Assembly: GCA_965198115.1 (NCBI GenBank)
Contig: OZ240241.1
Span: forward strand, 3,392,001 to 3,456,000
Length of the DNA: 64,000 bases
Source: Candidatus Latescibacterota bacterium
Lineage (GTDB): Bacteria; Latescibacterota; UBA2968
Direction: 5' to 3'
The translations under genes and the position numbers were made by a program. The notes below the pieces were generated by a model. That model was not told the DNA's origin and searched no databases. It saw only the letters and a program-made list of their open reading frames with translations. Shown in pieces: positions 49,555-58,718 of the stretch; positions within the stretch are counted from its first letter, which is position 1, and each line of letters opens with the position of its first letter.

Positions 49555-51245
49555 AGGAAACATCCGGCATCTACAACAACCTGGCTGACTACGGAGACCC
49601 GGAGTTCAGCCGCTTCATCCGTCGAGCTTTCATGTCGGCGACCGGCTACGACGGCGAGGACCTCGACCGTCCGATCGTCGGCATCGCCGACACGTCGAGC
49701 GACTACAACACGTGCCACGCCCGAATGCCCGAGCTCGTCGACGGGGTCAAACGTGGTGTGCTCGAAGCGGGCGGGCTGCCGCTCGTCTTTCCCACCCTGT
49801 CTTTGAACGAGATCCTCTTCCACCCGACGACGATGTATTACCGCAACCTGCTCGCGATGGAAACCGAGGAGATGATCCGGGCACAACCCATGGATGCCGT
49901 CGTTTTGCTCGGTGGGTGTGACAAGACCGTGCCGGCTCAGCTGATGGCGGCCGTTTCCGCCAACGTGCCTGCCGTCATTGTCGTCACCGGGGCAATGAGA
50001 ACCGGGGAATGGCGCGGCAACCGGGTTGGCGCCTGTACGGACTGCCGGAGTTATTACGGACGTCATCGCGCGGGCGAGATCGACGCGACCGAGCTCGAGG
50101 AAGTTCAGAGCGTTCTCTGCTCGACCCCGGGAACGTGCATGGTCATGGGCTCGGCGTCGACGATCGCCTGCGTGGCCGAAGCGCTCGGCATGATGCTGCC
50201 AGGCGGGGCTTCGCCTCCGTCGGGTACGGGTGACCGGATGCGGAACGCCGTTGCCTCGGGCCGCCGCGCCGTGGCGCTCGCACGGGAGCCGATACGTCCT
50301 CGCGACCTTCTGACGCGCGCCAACTTCGACAACGCGTTGAAGGTCCTGATCGCCCTGGGCGGCTCGACCAACACGGTCGTTCACCTGATCGCCATCGCCA
50401 AGCGCGCCGGGATCGATCTGTCGCTCGACGACCTGCAAAGCGTATCGAACCGAATCCCGTTGTTGGTAGACTGCAAACCATCGGGCACCGTTTACATGGA
50501 GGACTTCCATCAAGCCGGTGGCCTCCCCACCCTCCTTAAGGCCCTCGAGTCCGAGCTCGACAGTAGCCCCATCAACATCGAGGGACGCAATCTGGGCGAG
50601 CGTCTGGCGAACGTGAACGAGCCCGGTCACTGGCAGACCGTCATCCGCACGCTCGACAACCCGCTGGGTCCGCCCGGGTCGCTCACGACGCTGGTCGGAT
50701 CGCTGGCGCCTGACGGTGCGATCATCAAAACGTCCGCGGCCACCCCCGACCTATTCGAGCACACCGGTCCGGCGGTCGTCTTCGATGGGCCGGCCGACGC
50801 CGCCGCCCGTATCGACGACCCGACGCTCGGAATCACACCCGATCACGTCCTTGTCCTGAGGGACGCTGGCCCCATCGCAGCAGGCATGCCCGAGGCGGGG
50901 TCACTGCCGATCCCGAAGCATCTGGCCGAACAAGGCATCAAGGATGTCGTGCGAATTTCGGATGCTCGAATGAGTGGTACCGCGTTTGGGACCGTCGTCC
51001 TCCATTGCGCTCCCGAGTCCGCCGCAGGGGGCCCTCTGGCACTCGTCAGGGACGGGGATCGGATTCAGCTGTCGGTAGAAAGTCGCCGGGTCGATCTTCT
51101 GGTAGACGCCGATGAACTCGAGCGAAGACGATCCGGGTTCGTCCCTCCCCCGTTACCCGCTCGAGGGTGGGCCCGTCTATTCTGCGAGCACGTGCTCCAG
51201 GCCAACGACGGGGTCGACTTCGATTTTCTGACGGGAACCGATTGA
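49551..51245 (+). CDS. IlvD/Edd family dehydratase (sugar-acid dehydratase-like)
   Basis: YNTCH, GGCDKT, GTCMVMG, GGSTN, ISDARMSGT, PESAAGGPL. Confidence 0.9.
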   Translation: MKETSGIYNNLADYGDPEFSRFIRRAFMSATGYDGEDLDRPIVGIADTSSDYNTCHARMPELVDGVKRGVLEAGGLPLVFPTLSLNEILFHPTTMYYRNLLAMETEEMIRAQPMDAVVLLGGCDKTVPAQLMAAVSANVPAVIVVTGAMRTGEWRGNRVGACTDCRSYYGRHRAGEIDATELEEVQSVLCSTPGTCMVMGSASTIACVAEALGMMLPGGASPPSGTGDRMRNAVASGRRAVALAREPIRPRDLLTRANFDNALKVLIALGGSTNTVVHLIAIAKRAGIDLSLDDLQSVSNRIPLLVDCKPSGTVYMEDFHQAGGLPTLLKALESELDSSPINIEGRNLGERLANVNEPGHWQTVIRTLDNPLGPPGSLTTLVGSLAPDGAIIKTSAATPDLFEHTGPAVVFDGPADAAARIDDPTLGITPDHVLVLRDAGPIAAGMPEAGSLPIPKHLAEQGIKDVVRISDARMSGTAFGTVVLHCAPESAAGGPLALVRDGDRIQLSVESRRVDLLVDADELERRRSGFVPPPLPARGWARLFCEHVLQANDGVDFDFLTGTD

Positions 51246-51259
51246 TCCCCGAGGCCCCC

Positions 51260-51730
51260 ATGACCCTGACCACGTCCGATATTATGAGCAGCCCCGTCAT
51301 CACTGTAAAAGCCGTCACTCCCGTACGCGAACTCATGGACATTCTTCAGACCCACGAGATCACGGGTGTGCCGGTCGTCGACGAGAACGGAGACCTCGCG
51401 GGCGTCATTTCGATCACCGACATCCTCTCGGTCAACGAAGGGGAAGAAGAAATCGGCGATCGGATTCCAGATTTCTACACGTCCCCGGCGATGGATGGAC
51501 TCGCGCAGATCACATCCCTGATCGAACCCGATGAGACCATCCTCGACGCACCGGTTGGATCGTTGATGTGCAAAAACATCGTGACCGCAGACAAGGACGC
51601 CTCGATTGGCGAAATCTCGGGCGCCCTCGTCGCTCGACGCATTCACCGACTCCTGATCGTGGAAGAGACTCGCGTAACGGGTATTGTTAGTGTAGGAGAC
51701 GTGCTTAGAGCGATCCACGAAGCCTCCTGA
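51260..51730 (+). CDS. CBS-pair protein
   Basis: ITGVPVVDENGDLAGVISITDIL, IHRLLIV…GIVSVGDVL. Confidence 0.85.
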   Translation: MTLTTSDIMSSPVITVKAVTPVRELMDILQTHEITGVPVVDENGDLAGVISITDILSVNEGEEEIGDRIPDFYTSPAMDGLAQITSLIEPDETILDAPVGSLMCKNIVTADKDASIGEISGALVARRIHRLLIVEETRVTGIVSVGDVLRAIHEAS

Positions 51731-51738
51731 GGTGGCCT

Positions 51739-53983
51739 ATGGCCAGGCGACTATCCAAAGCCGACTCGCTGAATCTGGGTGAAATTGACCGGTTCCTCGA
51801 ATCCGAGAACGCCCTACCGGACGACGAGCAGGAACCGGCTCAGCCCACCGCGCCAAGCGCGGCCCCCGATCCCGAACCCCCACTCGAATCGGAAGCGGAT
51901 GCTCCCGCGACCGAGGAACCAGTGCCCGAACCCAAGGCCCTCAGTGTGGCGGTTTCCGACGACGGTCTCGAAGCGGCTATCCATTCCATCAATCCCGATA
52001 CGACACTCGAATTCGCGCTGGATTCCCTGAAAAACAACGGTGTGACATTTGGGATAGACGAAGATGCGATTCGTCACGCGATCGATCAGGCGAAGGATTC
52101 GAGCCAACCCGTGCGTCGCCAAAGGCACCGAACCAAAGCTCCCTGCGGCACCCAGAATCGAACACCGCCCTCCCGAAGGACTCGATAGCCTTCCGAGTCT
52201 GGCACCGCTGGTCAAAGCGCTCGACCTGGAAGCCCAGGAAGAACTGCTCGAGGGCGTCAAAGACATCACCGTCGTGCCCGTCACGCGAGACGATACGTTG
52301 GCCGAGCTCATCGAGGAGGCCGGCGAGGCCGGCCAAAGTGTGACCGGGGAGCCCATCGATCCACCGCCGCACGAAACGGAAATGGAGTCCGAGGGGCTGC
52401 AACCCGGGGAGGGGGTCGAGCGTGACGCAGACGGACGCTACAAGGCGACACGCTGGGGATACGCCGGCGTTCTGGATGGCAAGGTGACCACCCTCGCCCC
52501 GATCTGGATCTCCCCCGACGCGATGTCTGCATTCCTGATTCACCGACCCCATGAAGGGAGCAACGGGGCAAGCCCCACGGTCGATGACCTCAATGCTGCA
52601 CTGGCCGCACGCAATGTCTCCGTCGGGATCGATGCCGAATGGCTTCAGAAAGTGGCCAGCCGGCTCGCTGAAGGCACGGTGGCCCGCACGCTCGTGCCGC
52701 TTGCTCACGGAGTCGACCCCGAGCCGACGGAGGATGGCCGAATCGATTTCTCGTTCCCGCCGGACACGCAGGCTGGCACGGTCAACACCGACGGATCGAT
52801 CGACCTGAAAGAGCGTAACCTCTTTCCCGGCGTCGAGAAGGACGAACTCCTCGCGGAAACCTTCCCCCCGGTGGAGGGGACGGCTGGAAAAACAGTGACG
52901 GGAGACGACGTCGAAGTGGAACCACCGTTGGCTGTCGAACTCGTGGCCGGAGAAAACACCCGCCTCGTCGAGGAAGGCGCCAAACAAAAAGTCCTCTCCG
53001 AAATCACTGGTGGAGCCTCCGTCAAGACGGTCGAAGTCAGTGGAGGCGACGGAAAGAAGCAGCAATCCACCGTATCCGTGAAGGAGATCGCCCAGGTGTC
53101 GGGCGACGTCAACTACGAAACGGGGAACCTCGATCACAAAGGGAACATCGATGTCAAAGGGAACGTCCTGGGTGGATTCAGCGTTCGGGCGTCGGGGGAC
53201 ATTGTGATTGCTGGAGCGATCGAAGACGGAGCGACCGTCGACTGCGACGGCAGCCTGACCGTGAAGATGGGCGTCTTCGGCGAGAAGACGACTGTAAGGG
53301 CGGGAGAAGAGATCACGGTCAAGTTCATCCAGGATGCGACGGTCCACGCAGGAAGCCACATCAACGTGGGCAGTTACATCCACACCGCATCCGTCCACTC
53401 CGGTGGGCGCGTGATCGTCGAAGGGGGCGGCGGATCGGGAGGTGGCATCATCGGGGGTGAAACCTGGGCGGTGGAGGGCATCACGACCAAGAACTGCGGG
53501 TCGGATCGGAGCGCGACCACCTTCGTGGCGGTCGGCGTGGATCGTGACCTCTACATCGAGTACGACAAAGCAAGGCGAACGGCCGCCAAGGGGAAGACGC
53601 TCCTTCGCAACCTGCTGCGCGCCATCGGCATCGAATCGCTGGAGCCGGAGGTCATCAAAGCCCTCGTCGCACGACAGCGACGCAAGGCGAACGAGATTCT
53701 ACACTACGTGAAGAAGGCCAACGAACTGGCGAGAATCGCGAAAGAAAACGAGGAGGCAGAGAAGACGATTAGGGAGCAGATCGAGCAAGCGAGCAAGGAC
53801 GCTACGCTCGACGTCGGCGACGTCGCCCACGAACGGGTGCGACTCCGGATCGGCAATCGCGAGGTCCGTTTGGACGAAGATCGCAAGGGAGTTCGCTACT
53901 TCTCGGATCAGAAGGAAGACGGCCCCGAAATTACTTACGCGGCACTGTCACCGGAAGGGTCGGAAGAGAAGGAGAGCGGCTGA
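51739..53983 (+). CDS. FapA (DUF342) family protein, frameshift near 52114
   Basis: DGSIDLKE, GDVNYETGNLDHKGNIDVKGNV, GGIIGG beta-helix region; N-part …DSSQPV joins VAKGTEP in another frame. Confidence 0.8.
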
Positions 53984-54079
53984 AAAACTGTGGACGGTGG
54001 ACGGGACAGACGGCTTCGCCTATGCGGTCCTTGATGTCACGGTTGTGTCAATGTTCTATCTTGAATCGTCAATTCTCGA

Positions 54080-55144
54080 TTAAAAGATATCCACCCACGC
54101 GTAAAACAGCGGTGCACACTCTCCCATCCGGTCCCACCACGTCGTCTCCCGATCGTCTGGTAACGGGCGTCCCATCAGAACCCGCCAAAACGCATCCGCT
54201 TCGGCACGATCCGTCGGCGGCTCCGTTCCCACGTCGATCCCGGCTGTGGCGAGTTTTTCCCGCAGACGTTCCCAGTCCGCAATCTTGACCATCATCTCGT
54301 CGTGTCTGGACCACGTCGCCTTCCCGCCGGTCTCGCGCTCAAGGTAACCGACGATCGGATGCCCCGACCTCAGACTACCCTCGATTGGTTTTCCATCCGA
54401 GTCTGAAACGACCGCAGAGGCCAGGGCTTCGTAGGCATTCTCCTCTTCGTCGAATGCGCACGCCTCTTGGACCCAAAGCTCGTCCTCTCCGACATCCCAG
54501 TTCGCATAGGCCACGAGTCGTCCGTCGCGTCGAACACCCGCCCGTGGGAAGACGCCTCTCAGACGAGCGGGACCGTCGTCCCAGTAGTCGGCGTTTCGTT
54601 CGCACGCGCCCGTCGATTGCGTGCGCTCGACCTCGTAGAGGGCACGCACGTCAGTCAGATCTCCGGCCACCGAAAGCCTCTCCGGCTGGGGGGCAATGAT
54701 TGACCCTTCGACCCCGGCCAGCTCGAACGTCGGCAGCGCCAGAGGGGTCCATCCACGCGCATCGTAGTACGGGGTCCCGATAATGCTGAAGAGCAACCCG
54801 AGTTCGTAGCCTTCAGCGAAATACTGCTCGGCGTCCGCCAACAATCCGCTGCCGATGCCCTGGCCACGATGCTCCGGAAGCGTCAGAAGGCTCCCGACGC
54901 CGCCCGCCAGAAGCCCCACGCCCCGCACGTTCAGAATACGGTCCCAGACCCGAAGATGCCCGACGATCTGGTCGCCGTGAACAGCCACGCGAGTTTGCTC
55001 GAGTCGATAGCCCGGATCCTCTGTCACATAGCATCGATAACGCGCCGGGGCATCGGGCTCCGTCGGTCTGAACACCCTGTGTTGCAACCCGACGCAGGTC
55101 TCGAGCTCCTCCTCACGTGCCGCCCTGTATTGGATATCCGGCAT
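54080..55144 (-). CDS. GNAT acetyltransferase (Eis-like)
   Basis: GGVGSLLTLPEHRGQGIGSGLL, YYDARGW. Confidence 0.8.
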   Translation of the reverse strand: MPDIQYRAAREEELETCVGLQHRVFRPTEPDAPARYRCYVTEDPGYRLEQTRVAVHGDQIVGHLRVWDRILNVRGVGLLAGGVGSLLTLPEHRGQGIGSGLLADAEQYFAEGYELGLLFSIIGTPYYDARGWTPLALPTFELAGVEGSIIAPQPERLSVAGDLTDVRALYEVERTQSTGACERNADYWDDGPARLRGVFPRAGVRRDGRLVAYANWDVGEDELWVQEACAFDEEENAYEALASAVVSDSDGKPIEGSLRSGHPIVGYLERETGGKATWSRHDEMMVKIADWERLREKLATAGIDVGTEPPTDRAEADAFWRVLMGRPLPDDRETTWWDRMGECAPLFYAWVDIF

Positions 55145-55153
55145 CGTGCCCTC

Positions 55154-55930
55154 TCACATGATCGGCGCGAGCCACCCACCATCGACGGGCAAGGCCGTCC
55201 CGGTCACCCACTCTGCATCGTCCGACGCGAAGAAGACGCACGCCAGACCGATGTCGCTGGGCAATCCCAGTCTCGGAAGCGGCGTCTGGTCCTTGCAATC
55301 CTGTATCTGTTCTTCGGTCAGGTAGTCCTGAATCGGTGTCTCGATGTAACCCGGGCAGATCGCGTTGACGGTCACGCCGTCGGCGGCCACTTCCACAGCA
55401 GTATCACGAGTCAGGTTCACGACGGCCGCTTTGGCGGGTGCGTAGGCGGGTCCGCCGCCTCCACGAAAGGCGTGGACAGACGCGATGTTGACGATTCTGC
55501 CCGCAGGCGACTGCTTGAGGTGCGGAAGCGAGAACTTCGTGAGCAGAAACAAGCCCCGCAGGTTCACACCGACCACACGATCCCAGTCGGCCACGGAGAG
55601 TGTCTGGCTGTCTCCCGGAATGTGGATGCCCGCGTTGTTCACGATGATATCCAAACGCCCGAAGGTATCGAAGGTTCGTGAAACCAGGGCTTCGACGGCC
55701 TGTTCATCGGCCATATCCGTCTCTACGAACAGACCACGTGGGCCCAATCGCTCCACCTCCTCCGCCGTCGGGGTCGTCACGTCCTGATCGTGATACTTAC
55801 CCTGTTTGGGAGCTTCCTGAACATCCGCCACCGCGACGTGGGCGCCTTCGCGGGCAAACTCGATGGCCACACCGCGTCCGATCCCCGAGCTTCCGCCCGT
55901 CACGATCGCCACTCGGTCTTCAAGTCTCAT
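55154..55930 (-). CDS. Short-chain dehydrogenase/reductase
   Basis: TGGSSGIG, NNAG, NIASV, YAPAK, NAICPG, VDGG. Confidence 0.92.
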   Translation of the reverse strand: MRLEDRVAIVTGGSSGIGRGVAIEFAREGAHVAVADVQEAPKQGKYHDQDVTTPTAEEVERLGPRGLFVETDMADEQAVEALVSRTFDTFGRLDIIVNNAGIHIPGDSQTLSVADWDRVVGVNLRGLFLLTKFSLPHLKQSPAGRIVNIASVHAFRGGGGPAYAPAKAAVVNLTRDTAVEVAADGVTVNAICPGYIETPIQDYLTEEQIQDCKDQTPLPRLGLPSDIGLACVFFASDDAEWVTGTALPVDGGWLAPIM

Positions 55931-56005
55931 CTCACCTCTCCTGTCTCGCTTTTTCCACAGGACACGCGGATTCCGCGTTGCACACGCGGGCTCAAGAAAA
56001 AGGGC

Positions 56006-57379
56006 GAGTTCAGGTCAATAGGTGTGTAAAAGAAATCAGGCGGCCATCTTCCCGGCTTCGACCTGCGGTTCGGTTGAGTGTTTCTGATCGTAGACTTGTT
56101 GTAGCAAGTGTGGCGCGGTGAGTTTCCTGAATCGGCTCTCTGCGACCTTGAGCGTACGCCAGATGAGAGTCGTGGCGTTCCTGACTTTCTTGAATCGCCT
56201 GGCGGCGTTTGTGCGAAGCCGAACGGAAGCAAAGGGGCTCTCGACGACGTTCGTGGTTCTCAGGTGTTTCCAGTGTTCCTTCGGGAAGTCGTAGAACGTG
56301 ACCATCCGATCCCAGTCTCTTTCGAGCGTCTCCACGGCGGCAGGGAACTGTGAGCGATACCGTGCGGCAAAGCGTTTCCGGAGCTTCTCGGCCTCCTTTT
56401 TCGTGCCGGCATAGGGGATCTGGACGAGCAGTGCGCGGGCTTCAGCCTGTGCACGCTTGGCGACCTTGTCGAGCACGTTGAGGATCTTGTGGTTCCAGCA
56501 CCGTTGTTGCCGGCTCTCTGGCCAGACCTGATCAACGGCCGCCCAGATGCCCATATTCCCGTCCGCGGCGATCAGGACAGGATGTTCGAGCCCGCGATCC
56601 CGGAGATCCCGGAGCACCGTGAGCCAGGATTCTGTAGACTCTCGATAACCGGGTTCTATCGCCAGGATCTCCTTGCTGCCGTCGCTCATCGCGCCGATCA
56701 CGACCAGCAGACACGCCTTCTCGCGCTCGAGCCCGGCTTTGACGTAGATGCCATCAGCCCAGGCGTAGACCAGTTCGCGATTATCCAGACGCCTTTCTTT
56801 CCAGTCCTGGAAGTCGACCTCCCACTTCCCTCGAAGACGAGCGATCGAGGTCGGCGAAAGCGGCGCGCCATCACCGAGCAGCGCACGCAAAGACAACTCG
56901 AAGTCGCCCTGGGAGAGACCGTGGAGATAAAGGTCGGGAAGCAGATCTCCAATGGCCCTGGTTCTCCGGGCGAACAGGGGGAGGATGCGGCTTTCAAACC
57001 GCTCTTCCAGACCACGAACCCGGGGACGCCGGACCTTGATCGTTCCGCAGCTCGTCGAGAGACGCCGGGGCTTGCCGTAGCCGTTCCTGTAGCCCCTGGA
57101 GCTATCGACCTCGGCTCGGCGCTCATACCACGACCGGCCCAAGAACGCGGTCGCCTCCTCCTCCAGAATGGACTGGAACCGGCCCTGGATCTCTTCACGG
57201 ATCCAATCGTCAACCGTCTCCCACGTCGGCATGGACTTCAATGGGGCTCTATGCGTATGTTCCTTCACGGCGATCCTCCTTCCCAACCGGGCCTCTCACC
57301 CGGTTTTGTGTGAATCAACTATCTCACGGGAAGGGTAGGGTCGCCCTTTCTCTTTTTCCACACCTTTTGATTATAGCTC
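56006..57379 (-). mobile_element. IS256 family insertion sequence, apparently intact
   Basis: Imperfect terminal inverted repeats GAGTTCAGGTCAATAGGTGTGTAAAA / GAGCTATAATCAAAAGGTGTGGAAAA; 8-bp target duplication AAAAGGGC at 55998-56005 and 57380-57387. Confidence 0.92.
56036..57268 (-). CDS. IS256 (Mutator-type DDE) transposase
   Basis: YRNGY, WADGIY, ESTESW, ADG, QRCWNHK, LRTTNVVES; GGAGG RBS before GTG 57268. Confidence 0.92.
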   Translation of the reverse strand: MKEHTHRAPLKSMPTWETVDDWIREEIQGRFQSILEEEATAFLGRSWYERRAEVDSSRGYRNGYGKPRRLSTSCGTIKVRRPRVRGLEERFESRILPLFARRTRAIGDLLPDLYLHGLSQGDFELSLRALLGDGAPLSPTSIARLRGKWEVDFQDWKERRLDNRELVYAWADGIYVKAGLEREKACLLVVIGAMSDGSKEILAIEPGYRESTESWLTVLRDLRDRGLEHPVLIAADGNMGIWAAVDQVWPESRQQRCWNHKILNVLDKVAKRAQAEARALLVQIPYAGTKKEAEKLRKRFAARYRSQFPAAVETLERDWDRMVTFYDFPKEHWKHLRTTNVVESPFASVRLRTNAARRFKKVRNATTLIWRTLKVAESRFRKLTAPHLLQQVYDQKHSTEPQVEAGKMAA

Positions 57380-57406
57380 AAAAGGGCTCGGGAAGACCCA
57401 AGCCCT
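57380..57406 (-). terminator. aspC terminator, which is also the IS256 target site
   Basis: AAAAGGGCTCGGG-AAGA-CCCAAGCCCT hairpin with U-tract on the minus strand. Confidence 0.6.
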
Positions 57407-57431
57407 GTGTGCGTCAGTCTGGACGGCGACC

Positions 57432-58628
57432 TCAGTCGATCACATCCGCGATACTTCCGCAAAGATATTCGACATTCTCTTCTGTGACACCGGCGACGTT
57501 GATCCGACCGCCCGTCTTGACGACGTAAATCGCGTGCTTCTCACGCAGGGCGTCTACCTGGGCGGGCGACAGCCCTGAATAAGAAAACATCCCCTTCTGC
57601 CGGGCGATGTAAGAAAAGTCTCGCCTCACACCCGTCCGTTCGAGCGTGTCGACCAGCAACTTGCGGACACCGTTGATTCGATCGCGCATGGCCGTCACCT
57701 CGCTCTCCCATTCCTGCCGAAGCTCGGGGTCGTTCAGCACAGCCGTCACGATCGACGATCCGTGTGCGGGAGGATTGGAATAGTTCGTACGAATGGTGAT
57801 CAGCAGGTGGCTCAGCGCCCGTGCCGCGTCGATTGGAGATTGGGTCACGAGCGTGAGGGCGCCGATTCGCTCACGGTAGAGCCCGAAATTTTTACTGAAC
57901 GAACTGGCGATGAACATCTCGTCGACGTTCGCCACGAGCGTCCTCAGTCCAAGGCCGTCCTGTTCGAAACCTTCCCCCAAACCCTGATAAGCGAAGTCCA
58001 GCAAAGGGATCAGACCACGCGAACGAACGATGTCCGCAACCGTCTCCCACTGAGCCGCCGACGGGTCCATACCCGTAGGGTTGTGACAACAACCGTGCAG
58101 AAGGACGACGTCCTCCACCGGGATCTCGTTCAATGCACCGGCAAAGGTATCGAAGTCGAGCGCGTTGGCGTCGACATCGTAGTAGGGATAGGTTTTCGTC
58201 GCGAGGTGGGCGGCGTCGAACACTTTTGGGTGATTGGCCCACGTCGGATCGCTCAGCCAGAGTGTGGCGTCCGGATAGAGCTTCTGAATGAAGTCACCGG
58301 CAACCCGAAGCGCCCCCGTACCCCCCGGTGTCTGGACCGTACACACCCTTTCGTCAGAAATGACAGGATGTCCTTCGCCGAAGAGAAGGGCCTGGACGGC
58401 GGCCCCGTAGACCGGATCGCCCGAAATCGGGAGGTAGCTTTTGGTCTCTTCGGCCGCCAGAGCTCGTGTTTCGGACTTCTTGACCGATTGGAAAACCGGC
58501 GTCTGTCCGTTGGCATCTTTGTAGACACCGACGGTCAGGTTGATCTTGTTGGGATTGGGATCGTCGTTGAAAGCCGCCGTCAGACCCAGGATCGGATCAG
58601 GCGGCGCCTGTTCGAGTTGGTCAAACAT
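57432..58628 (-). CDS. aspC: Aspartate/aromatic aminotransferase (AspC/TyrB type)
   Basis: APPDPILGL, KINLTVGVY, TPGGTGALR, CCHNPTG, DFAYQG, SFSKNFGLYRER. Confidence 0.9.
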   Translation of the reverse strand: MFDQLEQAPPDPILGLTAAFNDDPNPNKINLTVGVYKDANGQTPVFQSVKKSETRALAAEETKSYLPISGDPVYGAAVQALLFGEGHPVISDERVCTVQTPGGTGALRVAGDFIQKLYPDATLWLSDPTWANHPKVFDAAHLATKTYPYYDVDANALDFDTFAGALNEIPVEDVVLLHGCCHNPTGMDPSAAQWETVADIVRSRGLIPLLDFAYQGLGEGFEQDGLGLRTLVANVDEMFIASSFSKNFGLYRERIGALTLVTQSPIDAARALSHLLITIRTNYSNPPAHGSSIVTAVLNDPELRQEWESEVTAMRDRINGVRKLLVDTLERTGVRRDFSYIARQKGMFSYSGLSPAQVDALREKHAIYVVKTGGRINVAGVTEENVEYLCGSIADVID

Positions 58629-58718
58629 CCTCTGCATCCTCTGGCAAAGGGTTCCCTGCGTGCGCCGAAAGATACTGAGCCCGCAACAACCGGACAAGCT
58701 CCGGGACCCAGAACCTTC

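Noticed and set aside
52064-52188. Programmed ribosomal frameshifting in fapA (also considered for dprA and the NTT gene)
   Set aside because: No slippery heptamer with a downstream structure at the junctions; consensus error is simpler.
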